In this document: piece by piece, positions 47,867 through 57,483 of the stretch
Layout: each line of letters begins with the position of its first letter
How positions within the stretch are numbered: the stretch's first letter is position 1
Made by a program: the position numbers and the translations under genes
The notes under the pieces: generated by a model
What the model was told of the DNA's origin: nothing
The model's input: only the letters and a program-made list of their open reading frames with translations
The model's database searches: none
From: a virus
Virus record (IMG/VR): IMGVR_UViG_3300008120_010803
Location: 1-64,000 of that record
Length of the DNA stretch: 64,000 bases
Direction: 5' to 3' (one strand)

Positions 47867-48420
47867 GTTCAATATATTTAAATTTTCCGATCACATCTGA
47901 AGAGTATAAAAGTCTCGAAAAGAAATTTGGCCAGTTGTGTTATTATGCTGCATGGCAGTTAACCCGCAAGAACTCCAATAATAATCATCAATGTGATCTG
48001 GATGATTTTCAACAGGAACTAATGCTTGCGGTACTTCGTGCTGGTTCATATTACAAGAGACAAGTTTATATTGATAGTAGTTTTTCTGCTTTATTTGATA
48101 GCAAGATGGATAAAATTGCCAGAATGGTTTTGGAAGAATTGTTTGATTTATGGAAGAATCGTACTCGTCACGGCGCTAATCGGCAAAAATTTGGAGATCA
48201 TCAAGAGAAAATTTTGGACAATTTGTGCGAATGCTATTTACGAGACTTCAGAATTCCTGATAAAAAAAGAGAATTGATTTTTGATGCCAAGTTTTTTACC
48301 TATTGCAAACAAATAGTATGGAATGCACAGAGAAACCTTGGTAAAAAGATTACTAGGGAAAAGCCGATCCGAAGTGGTCAAGTAAGTTTGTCCGATCATG
48401 ATTATCTTGTTTATGGGTGA
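47863..48420 (+). CDS. sigma70 region-2-like protein
   Basis: DLDDFQQELMLAVLRA and AKFFTYCKQIVWNA separated by an insert. Confidence 0.55.
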   Translation: MSSIYLNFPITSEEYKSLEKKFGQLCYYAAWQLTRKNSNNNHQCDLDDFQQELMLAVLRAGSYYKRQVYIDSSFSALFDSKMDKIARMVLEELFDLWKNRTRHGANRQKFGDHQEKILDNLCECYLRDFRIPDKKRELIFDAKFFTYCKQIVWNAQRNLGKKITREKPIRSGQVSLSDHDYLVYG

Positions 48421-49931
48421 GTATGAGTGATTTAAGTGAATCTGAAAAACAAACTCTTACTTCACTTATAGCAAGTGCTCCTAAACCATCTAAATTCAAA
48501 TGGGACGATAATTTTCAGCGAAGAATATTAGGTCTGATTCTCACAGATAGTTTTTTTCTGGTTCAAAGTAAATCATTGATTCAGGCAGAATATTTTACAA
48601 ATGAAGCGCATGTTCAAATTTGCAGTACAATTTATGATTACCATGAAAAATACAAGTCCATGCCTGAGAAGTTTGTTGTCAAACAACTTTTGTTGGAAAA
48701 AATAAAACAAAAACAAGAATCTGTAATACTTTACTATCAAAACGAATTAGAAAATATATATGAAGCTTTTGTTCCCTCGACAGCATCTAGGGAAATACTG
48801 CTTGACAAGATATTGGTATTTGCGAAAACCCAAGCTCTGCGAATAGCCATGGATGTTTCGCAAAAGGATTTGAAGAAAGACCCAGAAAGCGAAGAAGTAT
48901 GGACTAAAATATACGAGCGTTTTAGAGACGCTATGAATATAAATAAGAATTTTGAAATAGGATTTGAATATTTCAAGGATATAGAATTATTCTTTGCTGA
49001 TTTAGGTAAAGATACATGTGTCGAAGATACATTTACAAGTGGTTTTTCGAAGATAGACACCGCTCTTGCTGGCGGGGGCTGTAAGCGTGGAGAGATATTT
49101 GCGTGGATTGGTATGCCCGGAAAGGGCAAATCGTTGAGTCTTGTTAAGGCTGCTGTAGACAATGTGAAGCGTGGCAAGAAGGTTATGTATCTGTCTGTAG
49201 AAATGGATTGTTATAGTATCGCCAAACGATTCACAAGTCAGTTCACATTCTTGCCCCATGTCAATCTTCTCAAGCATCGTGAAGAGATTGTCAATCTTTT
49301 GTCGATGGAAACAAGGAATTATACAGACAAGAATCGATTTCTAATCAAGCAGTTCCCATCTGGTCAGATAGATGTTAACGATATTGTTGCCTACTTGAAT
49401 CAATTAGAGCTTTATGGATTCAGGCCAGACCTTCTCATAGTGGATTACCCCGGTGAAATGAAAGATGCTCCGGGTATTCCACAATGGGAAAGCAAATACA
49501 GAATCATGCGTGATTTGCGTGGCCTTGCAATTCAAAATAAAATGTGTGTTTTCACCGCAATGCAGCCAAATAAAAATGCTGCAAATTTAGCAGAATCAGA
49601 GTTTATTGATGAAGGTACGATTGGTGGAAGCTTTGATCAATTCAAGCCTTTGGATGGTTTGTGGTCAATTAATCAGACGAATGATGAAACTTCTGCTGGA
49701 TTCGGAAGAGTGTTTGTGGTAAAACACAGGAATGGAAGAAGTAGGTTTAGCTTTACTGTCAAATACAACAAAGAGAACTTGGATATATCAGAGTGCTCCG
49801 AAGGTTTGTATCGCATTGGAATGCACAATTACCAACAGGCTAAGTCTGGTGAAGTTAATTTAGACGGTGCGGTTGAAAACAAAAATTACGAACCCAAGAG
49901 TGAAGAAGAGGAGATAGATTATGCCGAGTGA
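48417..49931 (+). CDS. replicative helicase, DnaB/T4 gp41-like
   Basis: GMPGKGKS, YLSVEM, LIVDY, TAMQ, KHRNG. Confidence 0.92.
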   Translation: MSMSDLSESEKQTLTSLIASAPKPSKFKWDDNFQRRILGLILTDSFFLVQSKSLIQAEYFTNEAHVQICSTIYDYHEKYKSMPEKFVVKQLLLEKIKQKQESVILYYQNELENIYEAFVPSTASREILLDKILVFAKTQALRIAMDVSQKDLKKDPESEEVWTKIYERFRDAMNINKNFEIGFEYFKDIELFFADLGKDTCVEDTFTSGFSKIDTALAGGGCKRGEIFAWIGMPGKGKSLSLVKAAVDNVKRGKKVMYLSVEMDCYSIAKRFTSQFTFLPHVNLLKHREEIVNLLSMETRNYTDKNRFLIKQFPSGQIDVNDIVAYLNQLELYGFRPDLLIVDYPGEMKDAPGIPQWESKYRIMRDLRGLAIQNKMCVFTAMQPNKNAANLAESEFIDEGTIGGSFDQFKPLDGLWSINQTNDETSAGFGRVFVVKHRNGRSRFSFTVKYNKENLDISECSEGLYRIGMHNYQQAKSGEVNLDGAVENKNYEPKSEEEEIDYAE

Positions 49932-50361
49932 AAATTTCAGAATTGGTGAGCAAACTTTTGAAATTAATGCTGAAAACCTCAAGTTTTCAGATGCGACCCT
50001 GAATACTTTTTTTGAAAAGATTTCAGGAATTACTGATTATGTTGGTGCTGCTTTGTCTGAAGCCACAAGACAGCACTCTTTGCTGGAAGCAAAATATAAA
50101 CAAGATTACATAGGCAAGTTCAAGTTTTACAAGGAAGAGGGCAAGAGCGATAAAACCTCTGAGTTATATGCAGAGGGAGACCCTGATGTAGCTTTGGTAA
50201 AAGAAGCAGTCATAAATGCAAAATATATCAAAGATCGTCTGTATGCTCATTTAAATGCTCTTAACAATGCCAGAGATGATGCTCATAATCGTGGTCATAT
50301 GTTGAGAAAAGAAATGGATAAATTGGATATGGACATAAAGATGGGTGTCGCTGGACTTTAA
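49921..50361 (+). CDS. uvsY: recombination mediator, UvsY-like
   Basis: Size, helical composition, position after helicase. Confidence 0.6.
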   Translation: MPSENFRIGEQTFEINAENLKFSDATLNTFFEKISGITDYVGAALSEATRQHSLLEAKYKQDYIGKFKFYKEEGKSDKTSELYAEGDPDVALVKEAVINAKYIKDRLYAHLNALNNARDDAHNRGHMLRKEMDKLDMDIKMGVAGL

Positions 50362-50370
50362 AAGGATTTA

Positions 50371-51171
50371 GTGATGCAAATTAAAAGGAAAACTGTAAGA
50401 CAAGATGGAAAAATGTTTTGGGCTTACAGGTATAAACAAGGTCAGAAAAAGGAAGTATGGTTATCCCCAGATGTTTTTAAAAAATGGGATGAGACCAGAA
50501 GAAAATATGCAAGGAAGCAATACGATGAGTTCTTGAAAAAATATAAAAATGGTTCTCAAGATAAAAAATATTGTAGAGGAGAACATGATCCAGAAACGGG
50601 ATTGTATTTTATCCGTGTTTCAACTTGTGGCAAACCTGTATGGGGGTCCATTGAAGAGCTTCAAAAATACATAGGTCAAAATAGAAAAGCTAAAAGAAAA
50701 TATTATTCACGATGCTCTAGTTTAAATCCTCCTTCCGTCTGCGTTGGTGATCCCCACCCAACAACAGCAGGGCTTGTTGTTAAAAGAATTTATGGACATA
50801 AAGTTTATTATGGAACGATTGAAGAGGCAAAAAAGCATACAGATAGCAGAAAAGAAAGTTATAAGAAATACAAGCAAAAAAATAAAGAGGCTATAAAACA
50901 AAGAAGTAAAAATATAAGAAATGCTAGAATGGAAAAAATTAAAATGAACCCTATTTTAAAAAGAAGGCGTGGAGATATCGATCCGGTCTTAGGAAAAATT
51001 TTTTGGGAATATAACTATCTCGGTAACGAAATTTGGCTACATAAAGATGATTTTGAAAAAAAACATGCCAAGATTAAACAAGATAGAAAAAAATATCATT
51101 TGAAGAGAAAAGAGGCAGGCAATGACAGAGGGAGCGTTTCAAACAAAAATAATCAGACCATCATTTGTTGA
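50371..51171 (+). CDS. highly basic repeat protein, putative nucleic-acid binding
   Basis: Four degenerate modules of type RG(D/E).DP..G..F. Confidence 0.6.
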   Translation: MMQIKRKTVRQDGKMFWAYRYKQGQKKEVWLSPDVFKKWDETRRKYARKQYDEFLKKYKNGSQDKKYCRGEHDPETGLYFIRVSTCGKPVWGSIEELQKYIGQNRKAKRKYYSRCSSLNPPSVCVGDPHPTTAGLVVKRIYGHKVYYGTIEEAKKHTDSRKESYKKYKQKNKEAIKQRSKNIRNARMEKIKMNPILKRRRGDIDPVLGKIFWEYNYLGNEIWLHKDDFEKKHAKIKQDRKKYHLKRKEAGNDRGSVSNKNNQTIIC

Positions 51172-51625
51172 TTACTTTATGGCTATTGCAACGATTGCCA
51201 GCAAAAGAAGTCATGATATGCAGACGCAGCATGGATGTGTCATAACCGATGATAAAAACAGAATTTTGAGCATCGGTTATAATGGATTTGCAAGGGGTAT
51301 GAAGGACGATGAGTTGCCAAACTTAAGGCCAAAAAAGTACACATGGATGCTTCATGCAGAAAGAAATGCTTTAGCAAATTGTATGGTTAGGCCTGATGGT
51401 GGTATTGCATATGTTACTGGACAATGCTGCCTTGATTGTGGAATGGCTCTCTGGGAACATGGTATAAAAAAAATTTATATGATAGATGGGCATGGCACAG
51501 TTTTGTATGATGATGAAATGAAAGCTAATTGGAATACATTTATAGAACACACAGGTATTGATGTACACAAAATCAAGCCAGATTTAGATTGGGCAAAATC
51601 AGTTTTTGATAAGTTTTGTAATTAG
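51122..51625 (+). CDS. dCMP deaminase
   Basis: GYNG, HAERNA, QCCLDC. Confidence 0.9.
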   Translation: MTEGAFQTKIIRPSFVDYFMAIATIASKRSHDMQTQHGCVITDDKNRILSIGYNGFARGMKDDELPNLRPKKYTWMLHAERNALANCMVRPDGGIAYVTGQCCLDCGMALWEHGIKKIYMIDGHGTVLYDDEMKANWNTFIEHTGIDVHKIKPDLDWAKSVFDKFCN

Positions 51626-51687
51626 TTTGTATTCTCTATTTGGATTTTTTCCAGCAATAGAATAGAATTATTGGAGCGGAGCAAAAG

Positions 51688-52464
51688 ATGGGTTACGAAA
51701 TACATTTTAAATATTACAATAAAAAGGAAAACTCCTTTGACTATGACTGTGATAATCCACAAATACTCAAAAAAGTATATGGGAAAATTGATGAGGATTA
51801 TCCTATAGAAAAATTGATGTCTCATGTAAATACGCAATATGCAAGAAGAGACATTTTAGTTTTTGATGCTGATATCTACGAATTTGTAAGAAAAAAGATT
51901 ACTTTCAAACAAACAAAAAATGGTTTTAACTTAAAGAACAAAAAATTTACGATTAAAAATGACCCAATTTTTGATTACGAAGATGAAGATACAGATGCAG
52001 CGCCTGATGTTCCAGAATTAGGGCACAAACATTTACCAGAGCACCATCCTGTCGCACCGCCACAGCCTGACTTGGTTCCAAGGCCTGCGCCTGTTGTGCA
52101 ACAAACCAACATCAATCTAGCATCTGCACCGCCTCCTCCAAAACAAAAAAGAGTTATAAAAACAGTTGTTTTTGCCCCGCTGACAGCAGAGGCAAGACAA
52201 AAGTTTCCTTATAAGTTCACTATTGACAAAAGGTATCCGGTATTTTCAGAAAAACTAATTATGAATGGAGTTGGATTAATTATCGAGACTGTTGATGATC
52301 TTGGAAATACAGTACATGTAAATGATGAACTTTTTGTATCAGATGATATTAATTTAATTGGAGATAGTGAAGTTGATTTTTCGTCAAGATCAAAATCTAG
52401 TGTTGACAATAGATTGAACTGGAGTGGTGTTGTTAAAGACGGTAGTGTTCCAAAATTGAGGTGA
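51688..52464 (+). CDS. hypothetical protein with Pro-rich linker
   Basis: GGAG RBS; two-domain layout. Confidence 0.65.
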   Translation: MGYEIHFKYYNKKENSFDYDCDNPQILKKVYGKIDEDYPIEKLMSHVNTQYARRDILVFDADIYEFVRKKITFKQTKNGFNLKNKKFTIKNDPIFDYEDEDTDAAPDVPELGHKHLPEHHPVAPPQPDLVPRPAPVVQQTNINLASAPPPPKQKRVIKTVVFAPLTAEARQKFPYKFTIDKRYPVFSEKLIMNGVGLIIETVDDLGNTVHVNDELFVSDDINLIGDSEVDFSSRSKSSVDNRLNWSGVVKDGSVPKLR

Positions 52465-52468
52465 TGCC

Positions 52469-52831
52469 ATGAGCAAAGAAAGAAAAAAGTTACAGAAGAA
52501 GAAGGCTCGTCAAAAAGCTGTTAAGAAAAAAATTATTGAGAAGAGGCTCGAAGCCCGAAGAGAGGCAAAGCTCGTCCGTGAAAGAGATGAAGCTTATGAA
52601 AGAGCTTTTGCAAAAAAACAAAATTTGAATCTTTCCGCTGAAGAGATAAAGGAAAGACTTGAAAATAACATGAAAATTCTTGAAGCTTTGGAAGAAGAAT
52701 ATTTGAAAGAAAACCCAGACAACAAGAAGAATGTTGAAAGCGTAAAAGAACAACTTGAACTTCAAAAGGAAATGCTTGCTGCTGTAAAGGAAAAAGAAGA
52801 ATCTTTACAAAATCAGAAAAATTCTGATTGA
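52469..52831 (+). CDS. charged coiled-coil hypothetical protein
   Basis: GAGG RBS; Lys/Glu-rich. Confidence 0.65.
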   Translation: MSKERKKLQKKKARQKAVKKKIIEKRLEARREAKLVRERDEAYERAFAKKQNLNLSAEEIKERLENNMKILEALEEEYLKENPDNKKNVESVKEQLELQKEMLAAVKEKEESLQNQKNSD

Positions 52832-52946
52832 AAATTGGCGTGATAATAATACAATAATTTAAGTTGTTTGTTTTAATGCATTCGTTGAATGCAGGCAATC
52901 AACTTGACAAATTTTACTTTTTTTACTTTTTTTACGAGGTTTACAC

Positions 52947-53924
52947 ATGAGTTACGAAATTGAAGATATTAACATGGAGCAAATGGGCCTAGAGGCTGCT
53001 GCCCTTAACAAAGAAACCACAGCGATGGATAACTTTGTTAAGATGCCCGAAAAAGAAGGATATGTCCTTCTTCGGTTGCTCCCAGCCCTAAAAGGCAAGT
53101 GGCATTTCTGCGCCACAAGAATTCACCGTCTTGGTGAATACCCCAATTCAAAAACTTTTCATTGCCTTCGCCAAAGAGTCAAGACTCCAAAAGGTTTTAT
53201 GTGGTTGAATCCCACAAACAACCCGAAGGATGACTGCCCAATTTGCCAAAAATATGGTGAATTGTGGAAGATTGCCAACAACCAACATGGTGATGAGCAA
53301 ATCCGTACCCAGAATACCGCCCGTGGCATCAAGCCAATCGAGCGATTTTACTGGAACACGATTGTGCGCCAACAGCTGAATCCAAAAACCAATTCCATGG
53401 ACACCAATGTTGGCCCCAAGGTATTTTCTTGCGGGAAGACCTTGCAGACCATCATAATTGATTCCATCAATGGAAATCAAATAACCGGCTTGAAGAAGCT
53501 TGGCAATGTTCTCCATCCATCTGAAGGCAGAGACTTCCGATTGGTGAAGAAAATCAAGAAAGGCAACGGTGGGTTTGAATACCCTGACTATGCTCAAAGT
53601 AGCTTTGAGGACATTTCTCCTCTTGGCACAGATTCCGAAATCAAATCATGGCTTGCAAATCTCCATGATCTTGACAGTTTCAGGGTGTTGTTGCCTAGGG
53701 AAGAAATCATTGCTGCAATGGCTGAATTCTTCAACGGTGGCAATGAAAAGGCTGACTGGGAAGATGATTCCCCCAAGTCAGCTAAACCACAACCCGCAGC
53801 TGTAAAAGCAGCAACGCCAGCAGCTAAACCTGTTGCCAAAGCTGCTCCCAAGTCCGAGATCGAGGATTTAATCAATCTTGGAATGGATGACGAACTGCAA
53901 GCTGCCCTCGATAAGCTAGGCTGA
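52947..53924 (+). CDS. single-stranded DNA-binding protein, T4 gp32-like
   Basis: LRLLP, CPIC, GRDFRL, YPDYAQSSF, acidic C-terminal tail. Confidence 0.88.
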   Translation: MSYEIEDINMEQMGLEAAALNKETTAMDNFVKMPEKEGYVLLRLLPALKGKWHFCATRIHRLGEYPNSKTFHCLRQRVKTPKGFMWLNPTNNPKDDCPICQKYGELWKIANNQHGDEQIRTQNTARGIKPIERFYWNTIVRQQLNPKTNSMDTNVGPKVFSCGKTLQTIIIDSINGNQITGLKKLGNVLHPSEGRDFRLVKKIKKGNGGFEYPDYAQSSFEDISPLGTDSEIKSWLANLHDLDSFRVLLPREEIIAAMAEFFNGGNEKADWEDDSPKSAKPQPAAVKAATPAAKPVAKAAPKSEIEDLINLGMDDELQAALDKLG

Positions 53925-53936
53925 TATTAATTTACC

Positions 53937-53990
53937 CGCACCAAGGAGTTGTTTGGCTCCTTGGTGCGTCCTTTCGTATTCTTTTTTTTA
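53937..53990 (+). terminator. hairpin terminator after gp32-like gene
   Basis: CGCACCAAGGAG...CTCCTTGGTGCG then T-rich tract. Confidence 0.7.
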
Positions 53991-54009
53991 AAAATTTAGG
54001 AGATTTGAG

Positions 54010-55233
54010 ATGGCAAGAGCAAAAAAAGCTGATGCTGGCGATGACGATATTTTTGCAAGCCTCGCAAGCAATACTGGCGGTGAGGTAGTAGGGGAATCTG
54101 AAAAAGCCTCCAACTATTATATCGATACTGGCAATTTAGCAATTAATTATTGTTGTTCAGGAAGGTTTATCAAAGGTGGCGTTCCCGGTGGTCGTTTAAC
54201 AGAGATATTCGGCCCCAGCGCTTCATCAAAGTCGTTATTGGGGACTAATTTACTCTTCGGTTGTCAGAAGCTTGGTGGCATACCGATATTGATTGATAGT
54301 GAAAACGCCATAAACAAGGATTTCATTAAGAAGGCCTCTCACGCTGACCTTAATAGAATTGTTAGATACACACCAGAAACGCTAGAAAAGTGTTTCCATG
54401 TCATGTATCTTGCAATTGAGCATATTCGTAGCAACAAGAAATATGCTGATAAGCCTATTGTAATAGTTTATGACTCTATTTCTGTTAGCCCTTGTGCCAG
54501 AGAATTCAGGGAGACTGATCTGCCTGAAGGATATACACAGGCTGATTTTAAACGCATAGTTGGCGGTAATGAGCAGCCGGGAGAACGGGCAAAGATTTGT
54601 AGCAAGGAGCTTAGAAAACTCAATACTATCATGGAAGAAAACAATGTTAGTGTTGTGATTATGAATCAGATTAGAGATAAAATTGGAGTTCTATACGGAA
54701 ATCCTGAAACAACCGCAGGCGGGGGCAACTCTTTGCCTTTTTATGCATCTTTGAGATTTCGCACTCAAACGCAGAAAAAGATTGAAGAAAAAGTGCCGGG
54801 ACTTGCGAAGAAAAAAAGTATCGGCATCAACATCAAAATTAGCAACAAGAAAAACAGGAGTGTTAGACCTTTTATTGAGGTTGAGAACATTCCTCTATTC
54901 TTCGAAAAAGGAATTAATCCTATTGGCGGGCTTCTGGGAGCCCTGCTAGATGCGGATAGAATAGTAGCTGGAGGTGCTGGCAACTTTACAGTCAGGCCGG
55001 AATATGCAAACGGAAAAGAAGGTTTTAAATTTAAATCAAGTATGGAAAGAAATGATGTTCCTATTGAAGTGCTAACAGAATGTCCGTCCTTGATCGATGC
55101 TAGCTCATCTGAGGAGGTTTTGGAATATCTTGAGCCATTCAAAGAGGCAATCAATGCTACTGACAATCCTGATGTTGAAGCATTTGATGCTGGCGATGGG
55201 GATGACGAAGAGATTGATAACATTCTAGGCTGA
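54010..55233 (+). CDS. uvsX: RecA/UvsX recombinase
   Basis: IDTG, GPSASSKS, IDSEN, YDS, NQIRDKIG, GG..L.FYAS.R. Confidence 0.93.
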   Translation: MARAKKADAGDDDIFASLASNTGGEVVGESEKASNYYIDTGNLAINYCCSGRFIKGGVPGGRLTEIFGPSASSKSLLGTNLLFGCQKLGGIPILIDSENAINKDFIKKASHADLNRIVRYTPETLEKCFHVMYLAIEHIRSNKKYADKPIVIVYDSISVSPCAREFRETDLPEGYTQADFKRIVGGNEQPGERAKICSKELRKLNTIMEENNVSVVIMNQIRDKIGVLYGNPETTAGGGNSLPFYASLRFRTQTQKKIEEKVPGLAKKKSIGINIKISNKKNRSVRPFIEVENIPLFFEKGINPIGGLLGALLDADRIVAGGAGNFTVRPEYANGKEGFKFKSSMERNDVPIEVLTECPSLIDASSSEEVLEYLEPFKEAINATDNPDVEAFDAGDGDDEEIDNILG

Positions 55234-55247
55234 ACCTTGATTGTTGC

Positions 55248-55293
55248 AAAAAACAAGGACTTCCGGTACAATGCCGGGAGTCCTTGTTTTTTT
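55248..55293. terminator. bidirectional-type hairpin terminator
   Basis: AAAAAACAAGGACTTCCGG...CCGGGAGTCCTTGTTTTTT. Confidence 0.8.
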
Positions 55294-55304
55294 GGGGGAA
55301 AGGT

Positions 55305-55547
55305 ATGCAAGCCCAGACTACTGTTCAAGACGGCATCAAAGAAGTTTATTTCGAAATATTCAACGAAAAATTGTGCCCTGAAGATTTCGACATCTGCTTA
55401 TCCAGCAAAGGAGTTGATAGTTTGGATATTGTTGATTTGATATATAATCTTGAAGATAAGTTCAATATTAAACTTGATATGAATAAAAAAGATTCTGCTA
55501 ATTTAACATTATCAAATGTTGCAGACATGATCAAGGAGAGGATTTGA
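55305..55547 (+). CDS. acpP: acyl carrier protein
   Basis: GVDSLD...LEDKFNI phosphopantetheine attachment motif. Confidence 0.85.
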   Translation: MQAQTTVQDGIKEVYFEIFNEKLCPEDFDICLSSKGVDSLDIVDLIYNLEDKFNIKLDMNKKDSANLTLSNVADMIKERI

Positions 55548-55998
55548 TCATATAAGTGCCTTTTTTGACCATTTCAATTTGAATTCCACGAATGCTCAAT
55601 TTTTTTCGCACTTCAGAAAAGTGTGTTGATAGGCTACTTGTAGAAATATTTTCTGCAAAAAAAAGTTTCTTGATTTCTTCAAGGCTAGTTTTTTGATTTT
55701 GCATGAATGTTTTTTCGATTGTATCTCTTATCTTTTTTGCTTTAGTATTTTGTCTTTTTTTTAATTGTAGATTTTTTTTCATAATTACATAACTTGAGTT
55801 ATTATCCGTATAGTTTTGATTGCAAAGTAATTTTATGAAATCTTGAATTGTCTTGATGTTTTTTGTATCAGTTTTGACAATAGAAATATTGCATCCAAAA
55901 TTTTCCGAAAAATCAATTAGTTGTTTGAGGTATTTTCTTGATATGAAAAATTTTCTATTTTCTTTCGTTGTGAGCATCAAACAAATTTTCTGTGACAT
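55531..55998 (-). CDS. hypothetical protein, possible C-terminal winged HTH
   Basis: ISTSSLSTHFSEVRKKL..GTY. Confidence 0.5.
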   Translation of the reverse strand: MSQKICLMLTTKENRKFFISRKYLKQLIDFSENFGCNISIVKTDTKNIKTIQDFIKLLCNQNYTDNNSSYVIMKKNLQLKKRQNTKAKKIRDTIEKTFMQNQKTSLEEIKKLFFAENISTSSLSTHFSEVRKKLSIRGIQIEMVKKGTYMIKSSP

Positions 55999-56049
55999 TA
56001 TATTGCCTTTCTTTATGGTTATAATATTATAAGTACAAATCTATAAGGT

Positions 56050-56979
56050 TTGCAAATGTTTAGTTTTTGTTCTAGAAGGATGGGAGTTGAATTAGAATAC
56101 AACTCATTTGATCGGCTCAGTCGTTCAAGCTCGGAAAATAATCTGCCTAATGGTATTTATGTTTTTGGAGACATAATCAAAAATACACTTGGAAAAAGTG
56201 TTGATATTAATAAATGGCATCAAACAAATAATAATGATCATTGGATTGTCAAACCAGACTCTAGTTGTGGTCTTGAAGTATGCAGCCCGCCGGATCAGCC
56301 TTACCATGCCTTGTTAGAAATTCGTAAAGTAATTGAGGGCTTGTTAAGCCACAAGTCTATTGCTGCCGACGATAGATGTAGCTTGCACTTACATGTAGAG
56401 GTTGAGGACTTTGATGAAAAAGATTTGTGCGCTTTAGTTGCGAGATGGATTCAATTTGAGCATTTTTTCTTTTTCTTGACTAAGAAAAACAGGTGGTTGA
56501 ACAGATACTGCAAACCGCTAGGATTTTACTATGAGTTTGATGGCTCATGTAGAGTCACAATAAAAAAATGCATGGAGATATTAAGTGAAAATAAATATTT
56601 TGCTATAAATTTTTTCCATTATAAAAAGGAAAAGAGGAAGACAGTTGAATTTAGGATTATGGGAAATGATGCTTGCATGGATGTAGATGATGCCATAAAT
56701 TGGTGTAAGTTAATTCTATGTTTTGTTGAAAGATGTAAAAAATTGAATTACGAATCAACATTTATAGGTGATATTAGTTATGCAAATATTGATCAAGTAA
56801 ACAAATTCCTCAACATTCATGATTTTTTTGATGAAGATGATGTTATTCTATGGGTAATATCTAGACTGAATGAAACATTGAATGAGCATTTACATGATGG
56901 GAATATTTGGAAGCAAATAATTCAATATTGTAAACCAAGTATCAGAAACCTCATAGAAGAGTTGCAAGGAAAAATATAA
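56050..56979 (+). CDS. putative amidoligase (COOH-NH2 ligase, Amidoligase_2-like)
   Basis: GVELE, KPDSS, EVCSP, CSLHLH, TVEFR. Confidence 0.85.
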   Translation: MQMFSFCSRRMGVELEYNSFDRLSRSSSENNLPNGIYVFGDIIKNTLGKSVDINKWHQTNNNDHWIVKPDSSCGLEVCSPPDQPYHALLEIRKVIEGLLSHKSIAADDRCSLHLHVEVEDFDEKDLCALVARWIQFEHFFFFLTKKNRWLNRYCKPLGFYYEFDGSCRVTIKKCMEILSENKYFAINFFHYKKEKRKTVEFRIMGNDACMDVDDAINWCKLILCFVERCKKLNYESTFIGDISYANIDQVNKFLNIHDFFDEDDVILWVISRLNETLNEHLHDGNIWKQIIQYCKPSIRNLIEELQGKI

Positions 56980-57425
56980 TGTTGAAATCAAAAAATTTTA
57001 TAGAGATGGTCGATCTTTGCAAACTCTGGGCTAAGGTCATGCGACCTTTTTCATCTTTTAAAATGAGCTATGAAGTAGAAAAAAGGTTCAATGCTTACAG
57101 ATTATGGAATGTTGATTTAGACGGATATAACATATGTGTGTTTTACACAGAGACAGAAATTGAGAAAAGTATAGTCAGAAGCATTCAGATTTTTAGTAAG
57201 AATCTTTTTACCTTGCCATTTCATATTGTGTTCAAGGTTGGAATATCTATTTTAGGGAATCAAGATTCAAATATCTTTTTTTCATTTGTAAGAGAAGGCA
57301 CTACAGTTTTTTGTTGGACCAAGGTAGAGGATGAAAATGGTGAGCCGTTGCCACTAGTTGAGGAGGAAGTTGAGTATAAATATTATATGGGAAGAAAATT
57401 TGCTTATATAAGTGATCAGCATTAA
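56979..57425 (+). CDS. hypothetical protein
   Basis: TAATG coupling to amidoligase. Confidence 0.6.
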   Translation: MLKSKNFIEMVDLCKLWAKVMRPFSSFKMSYEVEKRFNAYRLWNVDLDGYNICVFYTETEIEKSIVRSIQIFSKNLFTLPFHIVFKVGISILGNQDSNIFFSFVREGTTVFCWTKVEDENGEPLPLVEEEVEYKYYMGRKFAYISDQH

Positions 57426-57483
57426 TTTAGTTTTATGTCTGTATAGCATAAATATAGTAGTCTTTTTTATAAAGGACACTTCA

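Noticed and set aside
54208-54234. Non-canonical Walker A (GPSASSKS) as a sign of an inactive RecA
   Set aside because: T4 UvsX also lacks the Gly before the Lys, so this is normal for the family.
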